From the NCBI GenBank assembly GCA_009835735.1, contig VXWX01000112.1, positions 1,994-65,993 on the forward strand: 64,000 bases of DNA, given 5' to 3'. The translations under genes were made by a program, and so were the position numbers. Source of the stretch: Acidimicrobiaceae bacterium (lineage in GTDB: Bacteria; Actinomycetota; Acidimicrobiia; Acidimicrobiales; Aldehydirespiratoraceae). Positions 9,485 through 20,554 of the stretch are shown here, piece after piece. Each line of letters opens with the position of its first letter. Within the stretch, counting starts at the first letter, position 1. Under the pieces are notes generated by a model that was not told the DNA's origin, did no database searches, and was given only the letters and a program-made list of their open reading frames with translations.

Positions 9485-10201
9485 GTGGTAGACAACTGGC
9501 ACGACATCCCCCAGCCGAAGAGGAGTCCGGTGGAGGACCTGCAACAGAGGGCCCAGCGCATCGCGGCCAAACGCAGCTCCATGTGGGTGTACCGCGCGGT
9601 GCGCCGCACCATCATGACGGTGCTGTACCCCTACTTCCGGGTGCAGCGCCGCGGCAGGGAGCACCTCGACATCTCCGGACCGGTGATCGTGGCCCCGGTG
9701 CACCGGTCCAACCTCGACACACCCCTGCTGTCCGGGATGAGTCGCCGCCGCCTGCGGGCGCTGTCCAAGGAGTCCCTGTTCGTCAACCGTTACTTCGGCG
9801 CGTTCCTGGCGGCACTGGGAGCGTTCCCCGTGCGGCGGGGCGTGGCCGACCGGGAGGCCATGCGGGAGGCGATCAAGATGCTGGAGGCGGGCGAGCAGAT
9901 GGTGGTGTTCCCCGAGGGAACCCGCCAAACGGGGACTCGGGTGGGAGAGGTGTTCGACGGCATGAGCTACCTCGCGTCGCGAACCGGCGCGGCCATCGTG
10001 CCGGTCGGGATCTCGGGAACCGAGGCCGCGATGAGCACGGGCACCCGGCTGCCCCGGCCGGTGAGGGTGGCCATGGTGGCCGGACCGCCCATCCGCCCGC
10101 CGGAGAATCGCATGACCCGCCCGCAGATGAGCCGCTTCTCCGAGATGGTGCGCGAGCGCCTCCAAGAGGTCTTCGACGAGGCTCAGGCGCTAGTGGGGTG
10201 A
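9485..10201 (+). CDS. 1-acyl-sn-glycerol-3-phosphate acyltransferase family (PlsC-like)
   Basis: HRSNLD (HX4D) and FPEGTR acyltransferase motifs. Start uncertain: GTG 9485 or ATG 9581. Confidence 0.8.
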   Translation: MVDNWHDIPQPKRSPVEDLQQRAQRIAAKRSSMWVYRAVRRTIMTVLYPYFRVQRRGREHLDISGPVIVAPVHRSNLDTPLLSGMSRRRLRALSKESLFVNRYFGAFLAALGAFPVRRGVADREAMREAIKMLEAGEQMVVFPEGTRQTGTRVGEVFDGMSYLASRTGAAIVPVGISGTEAAMSTGTRLPRPVRVAMVAGPPIRPPENRMTRPQMSRFSEMVRERLQEVFDEAQALVG

Positions 10202-10237
10202 ACGGGCCCAGACGGGCCGCCGGTAGCCTCGGTATAC

Positions 10238-11434
<1,197 letters not shown>

Positions 11435-11446
11435 CGCACTTGTCGG

Positions 11447-11493
11447 GAATTGGCAGCGTCTTGCCCCCTATAGGGCGCGTTCTGCTGCCAGTT
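11447..11493. repeat. 47-nt nested-palindrome intergenic repeat, copy B
   Basis: GAATTGGCAGCGTCTTGCCCCCTATAGGGCGCGTTCTGCTGCCAGTT, located 13 nt after the icd stop. Confidence 0.9.
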
Positions 11494-11518
11494 GGGCCGC
11501 CGGTCGGGCGCCACACGG

Positions 11519-11565
11519 GAATTGGCAGCGTTTTGCCCCCTATAGGGCGCGTTCTGCTGCCAATT
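11519..11565. repeat. 47-nt nested-palindrome intergenic repeat, copy C
   Basis: GAATTGGCAGCGTTTTGCCCCCTATAGGGCGCGTTCTGCTGCCAATT. The outer arms are perfectly complementary here. The copy ends 2 nt before the ATG at 11568. Confidence 0.9.
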
Positions 11566-11567
11566 GA

Positions 11568-13340
11568 ATGACAGATGGGTTCGCAGTGAGCGCTTCCCGC
11601 GACAGCCTGGCCCGCCGGGGCTACCGGCTGATCATGCGGTCGGTGCGGGCCCATCCCGTCCCGCATCTCGTGGCCCTGCTCGGCGCGCTCGGGTTCGTCG
11701 CCGCCACCGTGGGGACCGCCTGGCTGCTGGGCTGGATCACCGACAATGTGATCATCGCGCCGGAGTCCGAGCGGACCGGCCCGGCGGTGGCTGCGGCGAT
11801 GGTGATCGGAGTGTCGGTGGCCAGCGGGATCTCGGTGCTGATGCGCCGGTGGTTCCTGGCGATGGCCGAGTTGCGAACCCAGCGTGACTGGCGGCGAGCC
11901 CTCCTTCACCGCTACATCGACCTGCCCATGGACTTCCACCGCGAGCGCGACCCGGGCGAGTTGCTCGCCCACGCCGACTCCGACGTCAACACGGCCACCA
12001 TGGTGCTCAAGCCCCTGGCGTTCGCGGTCAGCGTGGTGGTCCTCGTGGTGGTCACGATGGCCGCGCTCTTCGCCGCCCATCCGCTGCTGGCGCTGATCGC
12101 GGTGGTCGTGTTCCCGGCGCTGGCGTTGATCAGCCGGATCTACACCCGCATGGTCGAGACGCCCTCGGCCGAAGTCCAGCGGCGGGTCGGCGAGGTGTCG
12201 GAGGTCGCCCACGAGAGCTTTGACGGAGCGGTGGTGGTCAAGACCCTCGGCCGGGAGCCCATCGAAGTGGAGCGGATGAGAGCAGCATCGGAGCGGCTGC
12301 GCGACGAGCGCATCCGGGTGGGTCGGATGCGGGCCAGCTTCGAGCCCTCTATAGACGCCCTGCCCACGATGGGCGCCATCGTCCTGCTGCTGGTCGGAGC
12401 CTGGCTGGTGGGGCGGGGCTCGGCTACGCCCGGTGACCTGGTGCTGGCCGCGACCCTGTTCTCGCTGCTCGCCCTGCCGCTGTTCATCGTCGGGTTCTTC
12501 TTGGAGGAGATGCCCCGTTCGGTAGTGTCGCTGGAGCGAGTGGACCGAGTGCTGGACCGGCCTCTCGAGCCTTCGGCCGAACCCGAAGGCAACGGCCCGG
12601 TACTGCCTCCGGGTCCGCTCGGTCTACAGATTGACGGCCTCGCCGTCCGCTATGGATCGCGGCTCGTCCTCGACGAGTTGTCGCTCGCCGTCAGCCCGGG
12701 CGAGACCGTGGCGCTAGTGGGCGCAACCGGCTCGGGCAAGTCCACGCTGCTCGAGACCGTGGCCGGGCTCAACTTGGTGGCCGGCGGCTCGATACACCTC
12801 TCGGGCGCGGCTCTCCACGACGTTCCGTCCAACGAGTTCCACAGCGCAGTAGCGCTGGTGTTCCAGGAGGCGTTCCTGTTCGCCGATTCGGTCGTCGAGA
12901 ACGTCGGCCTGCAGTGGGGCCGCTCACCGTCCGACGTAACCGCCGCGCTGGACTCGGCGGCTGCGGGCGCCTTCGTGGACGCACTGCCCTACGGCGGCGC
13001 CACCGTGGTGGGGGAACGGGGTGTGACCCTCTCCGGGGGCCAGCGGCAGCGGGTGGCGCTGGCCCGTGCCCTCGTCCGCTCGCCCCGGCTGCTCATGCTC
13101 GACGACGCCACCAGCGCGGTCGACCCCGTCGTGGAAGGTGAGATCCTCGCCAACCTCCGCCGCGATCTCGACACCACGATGCTGGTGGTAGCGCACAGGA
13201 TCTCCACGATCGAGCTAGCCGACCGGGTTGCGTACCTGGCCGGTGGCAGGATCGTTGCCACCGGTACCCACGATGAGTTGCTGGACATCGACGACTACCG
13301 GTCCCTGGTATCGGCCTACGAGCAGGCCGAAGTCCCGTGA
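11568..13340 (+). CDS. ABC exporter, fused permease/ATPase (type I, MdlA-like)
   Basis: N-terminal six-TM-type domain, Walker A GATGSGKST, signature LSGGQRQR, Walker B LLMLDDATSAVD. Start uncertain: ATG 11568 or GTG 11586. Confidence 0.9.
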   Translation: MTDGFAVSASRDSLARRGYRLIMRSVRAHPVPHLVALLGALGFVAATVGTAWLLGWITDNVIIAPESERTGPAVAAAMVIGVSVASGISVLMRRWFLAMAELRTQRDWRRALLHRYIDLPMDFHRERDPGELLAHADSDVNTATMVLKPLAFAVSVVVLVVVTMAALFAAHPLLALIAVVVFPALALISRIYTRMVETPSAEVQRRVGEVSEVAHESFDGAVVVKTLGREPIEVERMRAASERLRDERIRVGRMRASFEPSIDALPTMGAIVLLLVGAWLVGRGSATPGDLVLAATLFSLLALPLFIVGFFLEEMPRSVVSLERVDRVLDRPLEPSAEPEGNGPVLPPGPLGLQIDGLAVRYGSRLVLDELSLAVSPGETVALVGATGSGKSTLLETVAGLNLVAGGSIHLSGAALHDVPSNEFHSAVALVFQEAFLFADSVVENVGLQWGRSPSDVTAALDSAAAGAFVDALPYGGATVVGERGVTLSGGQRQRVALARALVRSPRLLMLDDATSAVDPVVEGEILANLRRDLDTTMLVVAHRISTIELADRVAYLAGGRIVATGTHDELLDIDDYRSLVSAYEQAEVP

Positions 13341-15130
13341 GCGACACCCCGGAACCCGAGGTCCAAGCACTCCGAGTGCTACGTCGCGGCTTCGCCATGA
13401 GCCCTGAGTTGCGTCGAGGACTCCCGGTGATAGCCGCGGTGGGGCTGTTCGCCGCCGTGGGCAGGCTGATCGTGCCGGTCATGGTGCAGCTCGTCCTCGA
13501 CCACGGCGTCATCGGCCCGGACGGCTACCGGCCCGGGGTGGTGTGGGCCCTTTCGGGGGCCGCGCTGGGAGCAGTGGTGGTTGTCGCCGCGGCCAGCCGC
13601 TTCGCCCTGATCCGGCTGGTGCGCATGGCCGAGTCGGTGCTGCTCGGCCTGCGGGTCAGGGCGTTCGAGCACATCCACCGGCTGAGCCTGGCCACCCACA
13701 CCGAGACGCGGCGGGGGGTTCTGGTGGCCCGGGTGACCAGCGACATCGAGGCCATGGCCATCTTCATGCAGTGGGGCGCCATGTCCTGGACCATCAACCC
13801 GGTGCTGATCGTGGCGACGCTGGCAGTGATGCTGTTCTACAGCTGGCCGCTGACCCTGCTGGTGCTGGTTCTGCACCTGCTGCTCATGCCGTTCATGCGC
13901 TGGGTGCAGCGCCGCCAGATCGCGGCCCACTCGCTGGTGCGAGACCGGGTGGCCGACACCATGGGCCACGCCAGCGAGACGGTGTCGGCCGCGGCGGTGA
14001 TACGGGCATACGGGTACCGCGGCGCCGTCCGGACCCGCCTCGACCGCGCCGTGGACCGCCAGTACGAGGCCCAGATGTCCGCCTTCAAGTGGTGGGCGTT
14101 CCTGATGCCGACAGTCGACCTGGCGTCGTCGGTGGCGCTGGCCGCCGCCCTCGTCGTCGGGGTGACGTGGAGCGGAGAGTTGGGCATCGGCGCCGGAGGG
14201 CTGGTGGCGTTCGTGTTCCTTGTGCGGCTCCTGATGAGGCCGATCTCGGAGATCGGCGAGGTGTTCGACACCACCCAGTCGGCGCTGGCGGCCTGGTGGA
14301 AGGTGATGGGGGTCCTCGACACACCGGTCGAAGTGGTCGAGCCGGAGCCCGCTGAGGCAAGGCCGCTGCCCGGAGGCCCGCTTGCCGTCGAGGTGTGGTC
14401 CGTGGACTTCGCCTACCGGACCGGCGGACTGGTGCTGCGGGGTGTCGACGTGTCGATCCCGGCCGATGCGGACGTGGCGGTAGTGGGCGAGACCGGCTCG
14501 GGCAAGACCACCTTCGCCCGCTTGTTGGCCCGGCTGGCGGACCCCACCGCCGGAGAGATCCTGGTCGGCGGGACGGACCTGCGCGAGGTGGCGCCCGACG
14601 CCCGGCGTCGGGGAATTCGCATGGTTCCCCAGGACGGCTTCCTATTCGCGGCCTCCATCGAGGACAACATCCGCTACGGACGGCCCGGTGCTACCGCAGC
14701 CGACGCGGAGGCGGCCATCGACGAACTCGGTCTGCGGGACTGGCTCGACGGCCTGCCGTCGGGCATGCAGACCCCGGTAGGCCAGCGGGGCGGCCGCCTG
14801 TCAGTCGGTGAGCGCCAGCTGGTGGCACTGGCCCGGGCCCAGGTCGCTGATCCGGGCCTGCTGATCCTCGACGAGGCCACATCGGCCGTCGACCCTGAGA
14901 CGGAGGAAGCGCTGGCGATGGCCATGGCGCACCTGGCCCAAGGGCGCACGACGGTGTCGGTGGCTCACCGCCTCAGCACCGCGGAGCGAGCCGATCTGGT
15001 TCTGGTGTTCGACGAAGGCCGCGTCGTGGAGCAGGGTCGGCACATCGAACTGGTCGAGGCAGCAGGTGTGTACGCCCGGCTCCACCAGTCCTGGGTGGGC
15101 AACACCCGCCGACCAGCTCGGCACCACTGA
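13337..15130 (+). CDS. ABC exporter, fused permease/ATPase (MdlB-like partner)
   Basis: Walker [10 protein letters not shown], signature LSVGERQ, Walker [13 protein letters not shown]. The GTG start overlaps the upstream stop (GTGA). Confidence 0.9.
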   Translation: MSDTPEPEVQALRVLRRGFAMSPELRRGLPVIAAVGLFAAVGRLIVPVMVQLVLDHGVIGPDGYRPGVVWALSGAALGAVVVVAAASRFALIRLVRMAESVLLGLRVRAFEHIHRLSLATHTETRRGVLVARVTSDIEAMAIFMQWGAMSWTINPVLIVATLAVMLFYSWPLTLLVLVLHLLLMPFMRWVQRRQIAAHSLVRDRVADTMGHASETVSAAAVIRAYGYRGAVRTRLDRAVDRQYEAQMSAFKWWAFLMPTVDLASSVALAAALVVGVTWSGELGIGAGGLVAFVFLVRLLMRPISEIGEVFDTTQSALAAWWKVMGVLDTPVEVVEPEPAEARPLPGGPLAVEVWSVDFAYRTGGLVLRGVDVSIPADADVAVVGETGSGKTTFARLLARLADPTAGEILVGGTDLREVAPDARRRGIRMVPQDGFLFAASIEDNIRYGRPGATAADAEAAIDELGLRDWLDGLPSGMQTPVGQRGGRLSVGERQLVALARAQVADPGLLILDEATSAVDPETEEALAMAMAHLAQGRTTVSVAHRLSTAERADLVLVFDEGRVVEQGRHIELVEAAGVYARLHQSWVGNTRRPARHH

Positions 15131-15171
15131 GGGGCACTGCCGCGCCAGCCGGCAGCCGGTACGGTGGCGTC

Positions 15172-16158
15172 ATGAACGATCCTGTACGAGTGGCCGTCAC
15201 CGGAGCGGCCGGGCAGATCGGTTACAGCCTGCTGTTCCGCATCGCCTCGGGCTCGATGCTCGGCCCCGACCAGCCGGTGATCCTCCAGATGCTGGAGATA
15301 CCGCCGGCCATGGACGCCCTGCGGGGCGTGGCCATGGAGCTCGACGACTGCGCCTTCGGGCTGCTGGCCGGCATGGTGCTCAGCGACGACCCCGAAGAGG
15401 CCTTCGACAACGTCCAGATCGCCCTGCTGGTGGGCTCCCGGCCCCGCACCAAGGGCATGGAGCGCAAGGACCTGCTGGAGGCCAACGGCGCGATCTTCAC
15501 CGTTCAGGGCCGTGCTCTGGCCGCCCGTGCCGCTGATGATCTCCGGGTGCTGGTGGTGGGCAACCCGGCCAACACCAACTGCCTGATCGCCATGAACAAC
15601 GCCGCGGGGGTGCCGCGCGAGCGGTTCACAGCCATGACCCGTCTCGACCACAACCGGGCCAAGGCCCAGCTTGCCGCCCGGGTGGGCGCCACCGTGGGCG
15701 ATGTCCGCAGAATGACGATCTGGGGCAACCACTCCGCCACCCAGTACCCCGACCTGTTCCACTGCGAGGTGGACGGCTGCAACGCGGCGGGCCTCGTAGA
15801 CGACCAGGAGTGGCTCGAAGGGACGTTCATACCCACCGTGCAGCAGCGGGGCGCGGCCATTATCGAGGCCCGGGGAGCGTCATCGGCGGCCTCCGCGGCC
15901 AACGCGGCCGTCGACCACGTACGCGACTGGATGCTGGGCACGCCGCCGGGCGACTGGGTCTCGATGGCGGTCCCCTCCGACGGCAGCTACGGCGTGCCCG
16001 AAGGGCTGATCTCGTCGTTCCCATCCACGTGCGCCGGTGGCGAATACCAGATCGTCGGCGGCCTCGAGATCGACGACTTCTCACGGGTCCGCATCGACGC
16101 CTCCGTGGCCGAGCTGGCCGCCGAGCGGGACACGGTGGCCTCACTCGGCCTCATCTAA
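15172..16158 (+). CDS. mdh: Malate dehydrogenase
   Basis: [23 protein letters not shown]-terminus and IWGNHS motif, typical of the LDH-unlike MDH family. Confidence 0.9.
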   Translation: MNDPVRVAVTGAAGQIGYSLLFRIASGSMLGPDQPVILQMLEIPPAMDALRGVAMELDDCAFGLLAGMVLSDDPEEAFDNVQIALLVGSRPRTKGMERKDLLEANGAIFTVQGRALAARAADDLRVLVVGNPANTNCLIAMNNAAGVPRERFTAMTRLDHNRAKAQLAARVGATVGDVRRMTIWGNHSATQYPDLFHCEVDGCNAAGLVDDQEWLEGTFIPTVQQRGAAIIEARGASSAASAANAAVDHVRDWMLGTPPGDWVSMAVPSDGSYGVPEGLISSFPSTCAGGEYQIVGGLEIDDFSRVRIDASVAELAAERDTVASLGLI

Positions 16159-16184
16159 GAGGCCGGCGGGACAGGCAGCGACTC

Positions 16185-17048
16185 GTGCCGGAGCTGCCGG
16201 AGGTCGCAGCCCACGCCGAGCGGCTGTCGGCCGGGTTCTCGGGAACACCGCTGGCCCGGTTCGAGCCGATGCATCCGGCTGTGCTCAAGACCTTCGACCC
16301 CAGGCCCGCCGCGGCCGCGAGCAAGCCGCTCAAGGAGGTCGGCCACCGGGGCAAGTACCTGCTGCTGCACTTCGGTGAGAGTGACGGCGGGCACGAAGCC
16401 TCGGATCTCACGTTCGTGGTCCATCTCATGCAGGCAGGCCGGCTGCGCATCGACACCAAGCAGGACCGCAAGCCCCGCGGCGGCATTGCCCGTTGGACCT
16501 TCGCCGACGCCCCGGCGCTCCTGCTCACCGAGGCCGGCACGGAGCGCCGAGCGGGCGTCTGGCTGCTGGCCGGCGACCCGGCAGCGGTCGAGCCGTTGGC
16601 GCGTCTCGGACCCGATGCCCACACCATCGGCCGCGACGAGCTCGCCCGGCGCCTGACCGCGGCCAGCGAGCGTGTGCACGGCTTCCTGCGAGATCAGTCG
16701 CATCTGGCCGGGATCGGACGCCTGCTCGCCAACGAGATACTCCACTCGGCCCGGATCTCACCCTTCGCCAACACGTCGCGCCTCGACGGCGGCGCCGTCG
16801 ACCGGCTGCATGCCGCTATGGTCGCATCCATCGCCAGAGGTCTGGCCGCGGAGCGGGAGCGCGAAGACATGGGCCGCTCCCAGGATCGGCCCAGCGACGT
16901 CCACCATCGAGTGGGCGAGCCGTGCCCGGCATGCGGCGACACGGTGCGCTCGGTCGAATACCGCCGCTACCGGGTGGCCTATTGCCCGACGTGCCAGACG
17001 GGCGGCAAGGTGCTGGCCGACAACACAACAAGCCGGTTCCTCAAGTAA
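16185..17048 (+). CDS. Fpg/Nei-family DNA glycosylase/AP lyase
   Basis: GTG start followed by PELPEV (catalytic N-terminal Pro after Met removal). C-terminal zinc finger CPACG...CPTCQ. The upstream part of track ORF 15810.. overlaps mdh. Confidence 0.8.
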   Translation: MPELPEVAAHAERLSAGFSGTPLARFEPMHPAVLKTFDPRPAAAASKPLKEVGHRGKYLLLHFGESDGGHEASDLTFVVHLMQAGRLRIDTKQDRKPRGGIARWTFADAPALLLTEAGTERRAGVWLLAGDPAAVEPLARLGPDAHTIGRDELARRLTAASERVHGFLRDQSHLAGIGRLLANEILHSARISPFANTSRLDGGAVDRLHAAMVASIARGLAAEREREDMGRSQDRPSDVHHRVGEPCPACGDTVRSVEYRRYRVAYCPTCQTGGKVLADNTTSRFLK

Positions 17049-17069
17049 GAGGCCGAGCGACGTGCGTCG

Positions 17070-17471
17070 TCAGTCCGCCCCGGCCAGGACGGCGCCGATG
17101 GCCTCCATGGCCGGGCGGGCCGCGAGCAGCAGCCGAGGATCGCCGCTGAAGCGCAGCCGCCCCTCGGCGAAGGCGCGTTGGGCGGATTCGCCCTCGATCG
17201 CGATCGCTTGAGCCGTGTCGCGGTCCGAAGCCAGCGTCAAGACGGGTTGACCGTGCGCCTCGCCGGCGCGCCCGACTGCGGCCGACACCCGACCGGAGGC
17301 GATACGGACGTGCCAGCAGAAGACGGAGCCGTCATCGTCGGAAGCGTGGTACTCCAGCACTAAACCGACCGAGTCGTCGACGCGGCACTCCGACAGGGCG
17401 GCGTCGAGCCAGTCCACCCACTCGTCAGAAGGGAACACGGGCATGTCGGCGGGAGGCCGCGCGGCGGTCAT
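17070..17471 (-). CDS. SCP2-like sterol/lipid-binding domain protein (putative)
   Basis: 133-aa ORF. The C-terminal AFAEGRLRFSGDPRLLLAARP resembles an SCP2 domain. Weak call. Confidence 0.45.
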   Translation of the reverse strand: MTAARPPADMPVFPSDEWVDWLDAALSECRVDDSVGLVLEYHASDDDGSVFCWHVRIASGRVSAAVGRAGEAHGQPVLTLASDRDTAQAIAIEGESAQRAFAEGRLRFSGDPRLLLAARPAMEAIGAVLAGAD

Positions 17472-17508
17472 CGACAGCGCAGACTACCCGTGCTCGTAAC
17501 CTGACTCC

Positions 17509-19005
17509 ATGTCCCGTCCGAGCACCGGTGACCTGATCGCCGGGGTGTCGGTGGCCCTAGTCGCCATCCCGCAGTCGCTGGCCTACGCCGAGTTGGCCGG
17601 GCTCCCGGCGCATTACGGCCTCTACGCGACGGCGCTGCCGTCGCTGCTGGCCGCGTTCTTCGTGTCGTCGAGATACCTGCAGACCGGACCGGTGGCCCTG
17701 ACCGCTCTGCTCACCCTCGGGGCGCTGTCCGGGGTGGCCGAGCCCGGCGGTGCCGGCTACATCCAGAGCGCGGCGCTGCTGGCCCTGCTGGTGGGCATCA
17801 TCCGGGTGCTGCTGGGCGTGGCCCGCATGGGCCGGGTCGCCTACGTGCTGTCGGAGCCGGTCGTCACCGGATTCACCGCCGGAGCCGCGGTCGTGATCAT
17901 CGCCTCGCAGTTGCCCAAGATCTTCGACGTCTACCCCGACGGGCAGGTTCTGGCCGTCGCGGTGCGCGCTCTGGGCCGGCCCGACGAATGGCGCTGGTCG
18001 GCCATCGCCTTCGCCGTGATAACGGTGGTCCTGATGATCGGGGGTCGCCACGTCCACCGCCTGTTCCCCGGTGTGCTGGTGGCGGTCATCGCCGGTGTGG
18101 TAGTGGCCGGCGCCAGCGGTTATGAGGGTTCGAAGGTGGGCGACCTCGACGGCGGGTTCATACCGCTGAGCCTGGACTTCCCGTGGTCGGAGGCGCCGGG
18201 CCTGCTGCTGCCGGCGGCGGTGATCGCCCTGGTCGGGTTCGCCGAGCCGGCATCGATCGCCCGCACCTACGCGGCGGCCGACCGCCTGCCGTGGAACGCC
18301 AACCGCGAGATGGTGAGCCAGGGGGTCGCCAACCTCGCCTCCGCGGTGTCGGGAGCCTTCCCGGTGGGCGGCTCCTTCTCCCGCAGCTCTCTCAACCGGA
18401 TGGCCGGCGCTACCAGCCCATGGTCCGGCGCGATCACCGGAGCCTTCGTGCTGGCCGTGCTGCCGCTCGCCTTCCTGCTGGAGGACCTGCCCACTTCGGT
18501 ACTCGGTGTGATCGTGATCGTCGTCGTGGTGCGGCTGGTCGACATCAAGGAGATAATGCGCTTGCCGTGGGGCTCCTTCCCCCAAGCGCTGGTGGGCGCG
18601 GGAACCACGTTCGCCACCATCGGCTTCGCGCCCCGGGTGGAGCGGGGCGTGCTGGTGGGGATCGGATTGGCCATCGCGGTGCACCTCTACCGCGAGATGC
18701 AGGTCATCACCCCCGCCGAGCGGAACCATGAGACCCTCACCGTGCGGCCCAAGGGCGTGATGTGGTTCGCCACCGTGCCCCAGGTGGAGCGCTCGGTCCG
18801 TGAGGAACTGGCCACCGAGCGCGACCTGACGTCGGTGGTGATCGACCTGTCCGGCGTGGGTCGGCTCGACTACTCCGGAGCGGTGGCGCTGCGACGCATC
18901 ATCGAGCGGATGTCCGTCGGCGGGGTGAGCGTCGTCGTGGCCGGCATCCCGCCCAGCGCATCAGGGGCGGTGCGCGCCGAGCTGGAGGGCTACGAGTCGG
19001 CGTAA
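17509..19005 (+). CDS. SulP-family anion transporter with C-terminal STAS domain
   Basis: Multi-TM N-terminus (IPQSLAYAELAGLP motif) and a STAS-like C-terminus (VVIDLSGVGRLDYSGAVAL). Confidence 0.85.
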   Translation: MSRPSTGDLIAGVSVALVAIPQSLAYAELAGLPAHYGLYATALPSLLAAFFVSSRYLQTGPVALTALLTLGALSGVAEPGGAGYIQSAALLALLVGIIRVLLGVARMGRVAYVLSEPVVTGFTAGAAVVIIASQLPKIFDVYPDGQVLAVAVRALGRPDEWRWSAIAFAVITVVLMIGGRHVHRLFPGVLVAVIAGVVVAGASGYEGSKVGDLDGGFIPLSLDFPWSEAPGLLLPAAVIALVGFAEPASIARTYAAADRLPWNANREMVSQGVANLASAVSGAFPVGGSFSRSSLNRMAGATSPWSGAITGAFVLAVLPLAFLLEDLPTSVLGVIVIVVVVRLVDIKEIMRLPWGSFPQALVGAGTTFATIGFAPRVERGVLVGIGLAIAVHLYREMQVITPAERNHETLTVRPKGVMWFATVPQVERSVREELATERDLTSVVIDLSGVGRLDYSGAVALRRIIERMSVGGVSVVVAGIPPSASGAVRAELEGYESA

Positions 19006-19016
19006 CAGGCCCTAGT

Positions 19017-20033
19017 GTGGGGGCGATGACCGAGGCGCCCGGCTCTCTGTCCCACGACGAGCTGGTGGCCACCATGACCGGGGGTATGGCCCGCTCCGAC
19101 CTGCCCGCCTTCGCGGGCTCGGAGCGGCTGCGGTCCGACGGTCGGCCCCGACCGGAGTTCCGGGCCGAACTGCGCCGGATCCCCAACATCATCAACGCCG
19201 TCACCGTCGTGGCCACACTGGCCGCGGCAGTGACCTTGGTCTGGACGGTGATCGCCGTCGATCACTGGCTGGCCACCGCACTCGCAGTGCCGGTGATGGG
19301 GATCGTGATGCTGCGGATGTTCATCCTGCACCATGAGGCCGCCCACCGGCTGCTGTTCTCCAACCGCCTGGTCAACGACGTCGTGGGCGTGAACCTCCTG
19401 GGGTGGCTGACCTTCGGCACCGGCACTCACCACTACCGGCGGGGCCACGCCAACCATCACCGCGACGAGTTCGGCCCCAAGGAGCCCGACTTCCTGCTGT
19501 ACTCCCTGTACCCGGTGTCGCGAGCGTCGATGCGCCGCAAGCTGCTGCGCGACCTGTTCGGCGTGTCGGCCTACCGCATCGTCAAGCCCCGCTTCACCGG
19601 GCTGGTCCGGCCGCCGTTCCTACTGCTGAGTCTGCGGTTCTTCGCCGGTCAGGCATTCGTGCTCGCCCTGTTCTGGGCTGCCGGGCATCCCTGGCTGTAT
19701 GTGGTGCTGTGGGCCGTGCCGTACTTCACCTACTACCAGGTAGCCAACCGGCTGAGGGTCATCGCCGAGCACGGTGGCATGACTCGCACCCCCGACCGTC
19801 GCAACACCACCCACCATGTGCGCCAGAGCTGGTCCGCCCGGTTGTTCCTCGTTCCTTACAACGTGGGCTATCACCTAGCCCATCATGTCGACTCCGGAAT
19901 CCCGGCGCGCAACCTTCCCCGGCTGCACCGCGCCCTCAAGGAGGACGGATACCTGCCGGCCGACGCGGTATGGCCCGGCTACCGCTCGCTTTGGCGGGCT
20001 CTGGTCCGCTCGCCCGCGAGTGCCGCTCCCTAG
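19017..20033 (+). CDS. Membrane fatty-acid desaturase family protein
   Basis: Histidine boxes HEAAH, HHYRRGHANHH and HLAHH. Start at GTG 19017 or ATG 19026. Confidence 0.8.
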   Translation: MGAMTEAPGSLSHDELVATMTGGMARSDLPAFAGSERLRSDGRPRPEFRAELRRIPNIINAVTVVATLAAAVTLVWTVIAVDHWLATALAVPVMGIVMLRMFILHHEAAHRLLFSNRLVNDVVGVNLLGWLTFGTGTHHYRRGHANHHRDEFGPKEPDFLLYSLYPVSRASMRRKLLRDLFGVSAYRIVKPRFTGLVRPPFLLLSLRFFAGQAFVLALFWAAGHPWLYVVLWAVPYFTYYQVANRLRVIAEHGGMTRTPDRRNTTHHVRQSWSARLFLVPYNVGYHLAHHVDSGIPARNLPRLHRALKEDGYLPADAVWPGYRSLWRALVRSPASAAP

Positions 20034-20035
20034 AA

Positions 20036-20431
20036 CTAGAAGGAGAAGCCGTCCAGGACCTTCTTGAGGTCCTCGGTGTCCTGCGAGCCGAGCACCACCC
20101 TGGAGTTCGTGGCTACGTAGACGATGTCGAGGTTGATGCCGGCGTCAGAAACCATCCGGGCTAGCTCGGCCAGCTCGCCCGGCCGGTCCTTGGCCTGGAC
20201 CACCACCACCTCGCGCTCGCGGGTGACGGTCGGTCCATGCGTGTTGGCCAGTGCCCGGTACACCGGCTCACTGTGGGGCACGAGGATGTGAAGCTCCGCT
20301 GTGTTGCCGTTCCCCATGCACGTCGCGGCCGCGATGTTCACGCCCGCGTCGCTGATCGCAGTTGCCACTTTGGCCAGCGCCCCCGGTTTGTTCTCCAACT
20401 CGATAACCAGGTCGCTGGCCAGAGTAGACAT
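20036..20431 (-). CDS. ACT-domain protein
   Basis: Two ACT-like repeats (ELENKPGALAKVATAISDAGVNI and VQAKDRPGELAELARMVSDAGINL). The ATG at 20431 is preceded by AAGGAGGA. Confidence 0.6.
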   Translation of the reverse strand: MSTLASDLVIELENKPGALAKVATAISDAGVNIAAATCMGNGNTAELHILVPHSEPVYRALANTHGPTVTREREVVVVQAKDRPGELAELARMVSDAGINLDIVYVATNSRVVLGSQDTEDLKKVLDGFSF

Positions 20432-20554
20432 GAGAGCGCGTCCTCCTTGGGTTGTGGGGCCCGGTGCGCGCGCCCGGGCGGATCGGCCGACTGTAGAACA
20501 CAACCGTGCTGCTGTGAAGCCCGAGTCTGCGGCCTTCGGAGCGGTTTGACAAAC

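Noticed and set aside
11447-11565. CRISPR array
   Set aside because: There are only two adjacent copies (plus one distant copy). The repeats are strongly palindromic with a 25-nt spacer, and there are no cas genes. This fits a REP/MITE-like element, not CRISPR.
15137-15155. Hairpin CTGCCG-N7-CGGCAG after the ABC exporter, considered as an intrinsic terminator
   Set aside because: The stem is short (6 bp), there is no U-tract, and it lies only about 17 nt before the mdh start. The evidence is not strong enough to call.
20545-20550. Perfect TTGACA (-35-like) hexamer
   Set aside because: It lies only 4 nt upstream of the amidohydrolase ATG at 20555, so a matching -10 would fall inside the coding sequence. 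It is probably fortuitous.
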